A stretch of DNA of 30,492 nucleotides from Clostridia bacterium. Lineage in GTDB: Bacteria; Bacillota; Clostridia; UMGS1883. The stretch is from the NCBI GenBank assembly GCA_051866635.1, contig JBJDXJ010000048.1, positions 1 to 30,492 on the forward strand. Direction: 5' to 3'. The notes below the pieces were generated by a model that was not told the DNA's origin, made no database searches, and saw nothing but the letters and a program-made list of their open reading frames with translations. This document shows positions 25,098 to 30,492 of this stretch, in pieces. Every line of letters begins with the position of its first letter. Within the stretch, counting starts at the first letter, position 1. A program made the translations under genes and the position numbers.

Positions 25098-26354
25098 TTA
25101 TTTACAGCGTATTGCTTCTGCCAAATCGTCAAGGCAAACTTCTTTTTCTTCGCCCGATTCCATATTTTTAAGGCTCACACGATTTTCATCAATTTCGCTG
25201 TCGCCCAATACAACTGTATATTTTGCACCCATTTTGTCAGCGTACTTCATCTGTGCCTTCAGGCTTCTTCCAAGGTAATCACGGATAACATCAATGCCGT
25301 ATTTTCTTATTTTTTTAATAAGACCCATGGAATACACATCAGCCTTTTCACCGATTGTAGCCACAAACAAGTCAGGCTTTTCGTCAAACTGAGGCATTAC
25401 ACCTGCCTGTTCCATAGCTAAAATTATTCTCTCAATACCCATGGCAAAGCCAATGCCGGGGATAGGTGAACCGCCCAATTCTTCAATCAAGCCGTCATAA
25501 CGTCCGCCGCCGCAAACTGTTCCCTGTGTGCCTTCTAACATGGTCTTAAATTCAAACACAGTCTTTGTATAATAGTCAAGACCGCGAACAATTGTGGGGT
25601 CAACAGTATATTCAATGCCTGATGCGTCAAGATATTTTTTAAGTGTTTCAAAATGCTCACTACATTCAGGGCAGATATAATCCAAAAGCATAGGTGCCTT
25701 TTCGCCAATTTCCTTACATACAGGGCTTTTGCAGTCCAATATTCTCAAGGGGTTTTTCTCATAACGGGAGTTACACGTTGCACAAAGTGTATCAAGGTGT
25801 TCTTTAAAATATTCCCTCAGCACTTCGTTATACTTCTTTCTGCACTCGGGACAACCGATGGAATTAATATTAAGTTTAATTCCGGGGATGCCCAATTCTT
25901 CAAGCACTGAAAAAGCAAGCTGGATAATTTCCGCGTCAATCGCCGGACCCTTTGCACCATAACATTCACAGCCGAACTGGTGAAATTCACGAAGTCTGCC
26001 TGCCTGGGGTTTTTCATATCGGTAACAGGTTATGTTGTAGTAGAGCTTACTGGGAAGTGCACCGGCATACAAATTATGTTCCAAAAAAGCTCTTGCAGCA
26101 CCTGCCGTACCCTCGGGACGAAGGGTAATACTTCTTTCACCTTTGTCAAGGAAAGTGTACATTTCCTTTTGCACAACGTCTGTTGTATCGCCTACGCCTC
26201 TTTCAAATAATTCTGTATGTTCAAAAACAGGTGTTCTGATTTCACCAAACCCGTAGCTTTTGCAAATTCTTTTAACTTTTTCTTCAATGTATTGCCACTT
26301 TGCCGCATCATTTGGCAAAATGTCGTTAGTTCCTCTTGGAGCCTTTGTCAGCAT
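25098..26354 (-). CDS. hisS: Histidine--tRNA ligase
   Basis: PRGTNDILP, LRPEGTA, RYEKPQAGRLREFHQ, VRGLDYYT, GGGRYDGL, GFAMGIERI. Start is 26354 or 26360. Confidence 0.98.
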   Translation of the reverse strand: MLTKAPRGTNDILPNDAAKWQYIEEKVKRICKSYGFGEIRTPVFEHTELFERGVGDTTDVVQKEMYTFLDKGERSITLRPEGTAGAARAFLEHNLYAGALPSKLYYNITCYRYEKPQAGRLREFHQFGCECYGAKGPAIDAEIIQLAFSVLEELGIPGIKLNINSIGCPECRKKYNEVLREYFKEHLDTLCATCNSRYEKNPLRILDCKSPVCKEIGEKAPMLLDYICPECSEHFETLKKYLDASGIEYTVDPTIVRGLDYYTKTVFEFKTMLEGTQGTVCGGGRYDGLIEELGGSPIPGIGFAMGIERIILAMEQAGVMPQFDEKPDLFVATIGEKADVYSMGLIKKIRKYGIDVIRDYLGRSLKAQMKYADKMGAKYTVVLGDSEIDENRVSLKNMESGEEKEVCLDDLAEAIRCK

Positions 26355-26390
26355 ATACATTCCTTCCTTTTTACCAATAATCTTCCTTAT

Positions 26391-26420
26391 ATTTTACACT
26401 TTTAACATGTATATTGTCAA
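26391..26420 (-). promoter_or_regulatory. Putative hisS promoter
   Basis: Minus strand TTGACA-18 bp-TAAAAT. Confidence 0.55.
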
Positions 26421-26472
26421 GATGTTTTTCTCGACATTCTTCTTTTCTTAAATTGCAATATCAAATGTCCAC

Positions 26473-26506
26473 AAAAACAGAGGATGACTTTATGTGTCAA
26501 TCCTCT
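26473..26506 (-). terminator. Terminator of the ars cassette
   Basis: Minus strand AGAGGATTGAC-acataaa-GTCATCCTCT followed by GTTTTT, 10 bp after the arsC stop. Confidence 0.7.
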
Positions 26507-26516
26507 ATCTTTGCAT

Positions 26517-26909
26517 TTAAGATATTTGATTAGGAAGTTCTTTGATTTTTTCTTCTATTTGTTTGATAATATCAATAAATACTTCATCAGGTTGTCCTGT
26601 AGGGTCTTGCAGTCCCCAATTATAGTCAATTCTTTTACCGATATATGGACAATCAACATCACAGCCCATAGAGATAGCAATATCAGGATTTGGGATTTTA
26701 CCTATTGTTTTTGAGTATTGTTCTTGTTCCATATCAATACAATAAATCTGTTTTATAAGCCTTACTGCATCCTGATTAATTTGTGGTTTAGTTTCTGTTC
26801 CTGCTGAATAAAAATCAAATTTATCACCTAAAAAGTGTTTTCCAAGTGCTTCTGCAATTTGACTTCTGCAAGAGTTGTGTATGCAGATAAAAGCAATTTT
26901 CTTTTTCAT
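26517..26909 (-). CDS. arsC: Arsenate reductase, LMW-PTP/thioredoxin-coupled type
   Basis: P-loop FICIHNSCRSQIAE, SAGT, resolving cysteines MGCDVDCP, WGLQDP; ars operon context. Confidence 0.88.
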   Translation of the reverse strand: MKKKIAFICIHNSCRSQIAEALGKHFLGDKFDFYSAGTETKPQINQDAVRLIKQIYCIDMEQEQYSKTIGKIPNPDIAISMGCDVDCPYIGKRIDYNWGLQDPTGQPDEVFIDIIKQIEEKIKELPNQIS

Positions 26910-26918
26910 CCCATCACC

Positions 26919-27293
26919 TTAAAATCCTAATTTATGAAACAGCTTTTCAACCTCTGATGTTTTAAGCACTTTACCCATAGATACAACTTTATCATTCACT
27001 ACAAGAGCCGGCATGCTCATAACACCGTATTCCATAACCTTTTGCATATCGGTTATGTATTCAACAGGGGTGTCAATTCCCATATTTTTCACCGCTTCTT
27101 TGGTGTTCTCATATTGTTCGTGGCAAGATTTACAACCTGCTCCCAAAACCTTTATACAGCAGATACCGTCCTTTGCTTTTTTGCAGCAATCGTTTGTAAG
27201 TTCTGTTACCTTAGTTGTAGGGCAATTACCATTACAAGCACAATCGGGTTTCTTTGTTTCTTCCTTTTTCTTTCCAAATTTAAAAAATGCCAT
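26919..27293 (-). CDS. Thioredoxin-family small redox-active disulfide protein with Cys-rich N-terminal extension
   Basis: IKVLGAGCKSC, YGVMSMPALVVN; ATG at 27293 after GGAGGT (track start is 27308). Confidence 0.88.
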   Translation of the reverse strand: MAFFKFGKKKEETKKPDCACNGNCPTTKVTELTNDCCKKAKDGICCIKVLGAGCKSCHEQYENTKEAVKNMGIDTPVEYITDMQKVMEYGVMSMPALVVNDKVVSMGKVLKTSEVEKLFHKLGF

Positions 27294-27311
27294 AATAAAT
27301 ACCTCCAAATT

Positions 27312-28325
27312 TTATATTATAAGATTTTGAATTGTATTGAAGAAATATCCTACAAGGATAATTCCTAATGTGCAGATTACAATGAACATTCCAAGCAGTT
27401 TCGGTTTTACTGCCTTACGGAGCATTATCATTGACGGCAGAGATAGTGTTGTAACTGCCATCATAAACGAAAGTACCACTCCAAGCAATGCACCTTTTGA
27501 AAGTAAGGCTTCGGCAATAGGGATTGTTCCAAATATATCGGCATACATAGGGATACCTAATGTTGTCGCAAGAATAACACCACAAGGATTATTATCACCG
27601 AGAATTTTTACAATAAATTCTTCGGGAATCCAATTATGAATGACAGCACCAATGCCTACACCAATCAAAACATAATAAAATACCTTTTTTGCAGTAGAAA
27701 TCACCTGTTCCCAAGAGTACTTGATGCGGTCTTTGAAATGCAGTTCATCTTGTGGAATATCAAGGGATTTGCCGTTTCTGATATATTCCTCCACCTGATT
27801 GTCAAGATGGAGTTTTTCAATCAATGTGCCGCCTGCGATTGCAATTACAAGTCCTACAATAACATAGATAACCGCCACTTTCCATCCGAAAACACTCATT
27901 AAAAGCACAAGTGAGCCTAAATCAACCATTGGTGATGATATAAGGAAAGAGAAAGTTACTCCAAGTGGTAATCCTGCACTTGTAAATCCTATAAACAGCG
28001 GTATCGAAGAGCAGGAACAAAACGGAGTTACTGTTCCAAGTAATGCCGCAATACAGTTTGCACCTATACCATGAAATCTACCAATTATTTTTCTGGTTCT
28101 TTCCGGCGGTAAAAAACTTTGAATATAAGATATAATAAGAATCAGAACACCTAATAAAACCATAATTTTGATTATGTCGTACAGGAAGAATTGAATACTA
28201 CCACCAATTCTTCCTGTGGTATCTATTCCCAAACTGTTCAGTAAATTACCAATATGAATATTAAGCCATTTCATACCTATAATTTCGTTCTGGAAAAAGT
28301 TCCATACTGTTTGTAATATTTCCAT
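27312..28325 (-). CDS. ArsP/DUF318-family permease
   Basis: TPFCSCSSIPLFIG, FLISSP, GIPMY, LSLPSMIML; multi-TM protein downstream of arsR. Confidence 0.9.
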   Translation of the reverse strand: MEILQTVWNFFQNEIIGMKWLNIHIGNLLNSLGIDTTGRIGGSIQFFLYDIIKIMVLLGVLILIISYIQSFLPPERTRKIIGRFHGIGANCIAALLGTVTPFCSCSSIPLFIGFTSAGLPLGVTFSFLISSPMVDLGSLVLLMSVFGWKVAVIYVIVGLVIAIAGGTLIEKLHLDNQVEEYIRNGKSLDIPQDELHFKDRIKYSWEQVISTAKKVFYYVLIGVGIGAVIHNWIPEEFIVKILGDNNPCGVILATTLGIPMYADIFGTIPIAEALLSKGALLGVVLSFMMAVTTLSLPSMIMLRKAVKPKLLGMFIVICTLGIILVGYFFNTIQNLII

Positions 28326-28394
28326 AGAAAACCCTCCTTAAATAAAAATGTATCTATATATTGGTTTTAAAGTAAGTCGTGTTGCAATTTCTTG

Positions 28395-28694
28395 CTATTT
28401 ACAACACGAATTGTCATCTGAATTACTTGCTGATAAATTATTCAGATAATCTTTTGCATACTCAACGCCTTCAGAAGATATGGAATAATGAGTCCATTTT
28501 CCTTCTTTTCTTCCTACTACAATACCTGAATCACAAAGTATCTTCATATGGTGAGACAGTGTTGGCTGGGTAACATTAAGTTCTTCCAATAATTTGCAAG
28601 CACATTTTTCACCTGTTTTCAACATTTCAAGTATAATAATTCTGTTTTCATCGCAAAATGCCTTGAATACAGTAGCAGTTTTCTTATCATTCAT
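28395..28694 (-). CDS. arsR: ArsR/SmtB-family metalloregulatory repressor
   Basis: FKAFCDENR, GEKCACKL, QPTLSHHMKIL, RKEGKWTHY, C-terminal CC. Confidence 0.92.
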   Translation of the reverse strand: MNDKKTATVFKAFCDENRIIILEMLKTGEKCACKLLEELNVTQPTLSHHMKILCDSGIVVGRKEGKWTHYSISSEGVEYAKDYLNNLSASNSDDNSCCK

Positions 28695-28705
28695 CTAAAT
28701 TACCT

Positions 28706-28766
28706 CACATTGATACTTTTCTATTTGACGCTATTATATTATACATATAGATAAATGTCAATATGT
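28706..28766 (-). promoter_or_regulatory. ars promoter with two ArsR-type operators
   Basis: Perfect TTGACA(28761-28756)-17 bp-TATAAT(28738-28733). Imperfect palindrome ACATATAGA-taaatg-TCAATATGT (28743-28766) overlaps the -35, and a related one, CACATTGA-tacttt-TCTATTTG (28706-28727), lies between the -10 and the RBS. Confidence 0.8.
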
Positions 28767-28821
28767 TGAGTAAAATCTTTAAAACATTTTTTAAGAGCTT
28801 TAGGTCTTTTACTACTTTCGG

Positions 28822-28850
28822 TTGACAAATACCTATTTTTTTTGTAGAAT
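28822..28850 (+). promoter_or_regulatory. Sigma-A promoter of proS
   Basis: TTGACA-17 bp-TAGAAT about 40 bp upstream of the start. Confidence 0.7.
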
Positions 28851-28888
28851 AGTACATAATACATTCAATATGAAAGGCTATGATAGAT

Positions 28889-30328
28889 ATGGCAGATAAT
28901 AACAAGAAAATGGTTGAGGATATTACCTCCCGTGATGTGGATTTTGCCCAGTGGTATACCGATATTGTTCGTAAGGCAGAGCTTGCTGACTATTCTTCTG
29001 TCCGCGGTTGTATGATTGTGCGTCCCTACGGCTATGCAATCTGGGAAAATATCCAGAAAGAACTTGACAGACGTTTTAAAGAAACAGGTCACGAAAATGT
29101 GTACATGCCTATGCTTATTCCCGAAAGCTTGCTTCAGAAGGAAAAGGACCATGTTGAAGGCTTTGCACCTGAGGTTGCATGGGTAACGCACGGCGGCAAT
29201 GAAAAGCTTACGGAAAGACTTTGCGTACGCCCCACTTCCGAAACGGTTTTCTGTGACCATTATAAGGATATTATTCATTCCTACCGTGACCTGCCCAAAC
29301 TTTATAACCAGTGGTGCAGTGTTATGCGTTGGGAAAAAACAACACGTCCCTTCCTTCGCACAGCCGAATTTTTGTGGCAGGAAGGTCACACAATGCACGC
29401 TACAGCCCAGGAAGCTATTGACGAAACTATTCAGATGCTTAACATCTATTCTTCATTTGCAGAAGAATATCTTGCCATCCCCGTAATACGTGGTAAAAAA
29501 ACGGATAAGGAAAAGTTTGCAGGTGCGGAAGCTACATACACTATGGAAGCTATGATGCATGACGGTAAAGCACTCCAGAGTGCTACAAGCCACTACTTCG
29601 GTGACGGCTTTGCAAAAGCCTTCGGTGTTGAATTTACGGATAAGGACAATACTCTTAAGACTCCCCACGAAACAAGTTGGGGTATTTCCACAAGAATTAT
29701 CGGTGGATTAATCATGGTTCACGGTGATGACAACGGTCTTGTTCTTCCTCCTATGATTGCTCCCACTCAGCTTATGGTTATTCCCGTTATGCAGCATAAG
29801 GAAGGCGTTCTTGACAAGGCTTATGAAATTCTTGAACATGTACAGAATTTCTGCCGTGCTAAGATTGACGCATCTGACAAGACTCCCGGCTGGAAGTTCT
29901 CAGAATGTGAAATGAAGGGTATTCCCCTCCGTCTGGAGCTTGGTCCTAAGGATATTGAGAATAACAAGTGTGTTCTTGTTCGCCGTGATACACGTGAAAA
30001 GTATTTTGTTTCTCTTGATGAACTGGAAACAAAAATTCCCGAAATTCTTTCCGATATTCAGTCATCTCTTTATAATAAGGCTAAAGAAAGCCTTTATTCC
30101 AGAATTTACGATGCTAAAACAATGGATGAAGCAAAGAATATCGCAGACAATAACCCCGGATTTATCCGTGCGATGTGGTGCGGTGATTTGGAATGTGAAA
30201 TGAAGATGAAGGATATTGTAGGTGTAACAAGCCGTTGTATGCCTTTTGACCATGAACCTATCGCCGACACTTGCGTTTGCTGTGGTAAAAAAGCAAAATC
30301 ACTTGTGTTCTGGGGTAAAGCATATTAA
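28889..30328 (+). CDS. proS: Proline--tRNA ligase, archaeal/eukaryotic type
   Basis: [52 protein letters not shown]-terminal Zn domain ending GKAY, no INS editing domain. Start is 28889 or 28880. Confidence 0.98.
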   Translation: MADNNKKMVEDITSRDVDFAQWYTDIVRKAELADYSSVRGCMIVRPYGYAIWENIQKELDRRFKETGHENVYMPMLIPESLLQKEKDHVEGFAPEVAWVTHGGNEKLTERLCVRPTSETVFCDHYKDIIHSYRDLPKLYNQWCSVMRWEKTTRPFLRTAEFLWQEGHTMHATAQEAIDETIQMLNIYSSFAEEYLAIPVIRGKKTDKEKFAGAEATYTMEAMMHDGKALQSATSHYFGDGFAKAFGVEFTDKDNTLKTPHETSWGISTRIIGGLIMVHGDDNGLVLPPMIAPTQLMVIPVMQHKEGVLDKAYEILEHVQNFCRAKIDASDKTPGWKFSECEMKGIPLRLELGPKDIENNKCVLVRRDTREKYFVSLDELETKIPEILSDIQSSLYNKAKESLYSRIYDAKTMDEAKNIADNNPGFIRAMWCGDLECEMKMKDIVGVTSRCMPFDHEPIADTCVCCGKKAKSLVFWGKAY

Positions 30329-30373
30329 TAAACAATTAGAGAGACTGTAAAAAAAGTCTCTGATAAATAAGTT

Positions 30374-30472
30374 AAGACCATTTGGGACAGTCCCCCTTAT
30401 GGCAAATTGGGAGACAATTTGCCAAAGAAACCTCTAAAGGTTTTGTTGGGACAGTCCCGAAATGGTCTTTTT
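30374..30472 (+). repeat. Multi-hairpin element after proS (terminator-like outer stem, 12-bp direct repeat, two inner hairpins)
   Basis: Outer IR AAGACCATTT/AAATGGTCTT followed by a T tract; TGGGACAGTCCC at 30383-30394 and 30447-30458; inner hairpins TGGCAAATTG/CAATTTGCCA and AAACCT/AGGTTT. Confidence 0.75.
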
Positions 30473-30492
30473 GTTATATCAGTGTTGACTTT

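Noticed and set aside
30341-30360. GAGACT/AGTCTC hairpin as the proS terminator
   Set aside because: Only a 6-bp stem with no T tract; the downstream structure at 30374-30472 is the better candidate.

Overview
A 30.5-kb chromosomal window from a low-GC Clostridia-type bacterium; almost all genes are on the minus strand. Housekeeping or conserved parts: a 5'-truncated ICMT-family methyltransferase, the DUF512-der-plsY-HI0933-FAD oxidoreductase operon, a GldA/F/G-like ABC system with DUF4340, hisS and an archaeal/eukaryotic-type proS. Three accessory blocks sit among them. (1) A two-gene operon encoding a secreted X-module/type II dockerin protein and an 899-aa secreted protein with a cohesin-like domain, duplicated beta-domains and an (EEPTAPS)n linker, with no recognisable CAZyme. 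(2) A ~9.7-kb block of three secreted proteases of three catalytic classes: an IdeS/Mac-like C66 cysteine protease fused to CARDB-CSLREA-beta-helix modules and split by a 5-bp duplication, an SLH-M13 metalloprotease, and an S8 lactocepin/C5a-peptidase-like serine protease. The two non-SLH proteases share a C-terminal ~90-aa module ending W-x4-N-[IM]-[KR]-P-[LM], and the block is flanked by a 15-bp imperfect direct repeat. (3) An arsR-permease-thioredoxin-arsC cassette between the divergent hisS and proS. No rRNA, tRNA, CRISPR array or transposase was seen. All family assignments come from motif recognition by eye, not from database searches.
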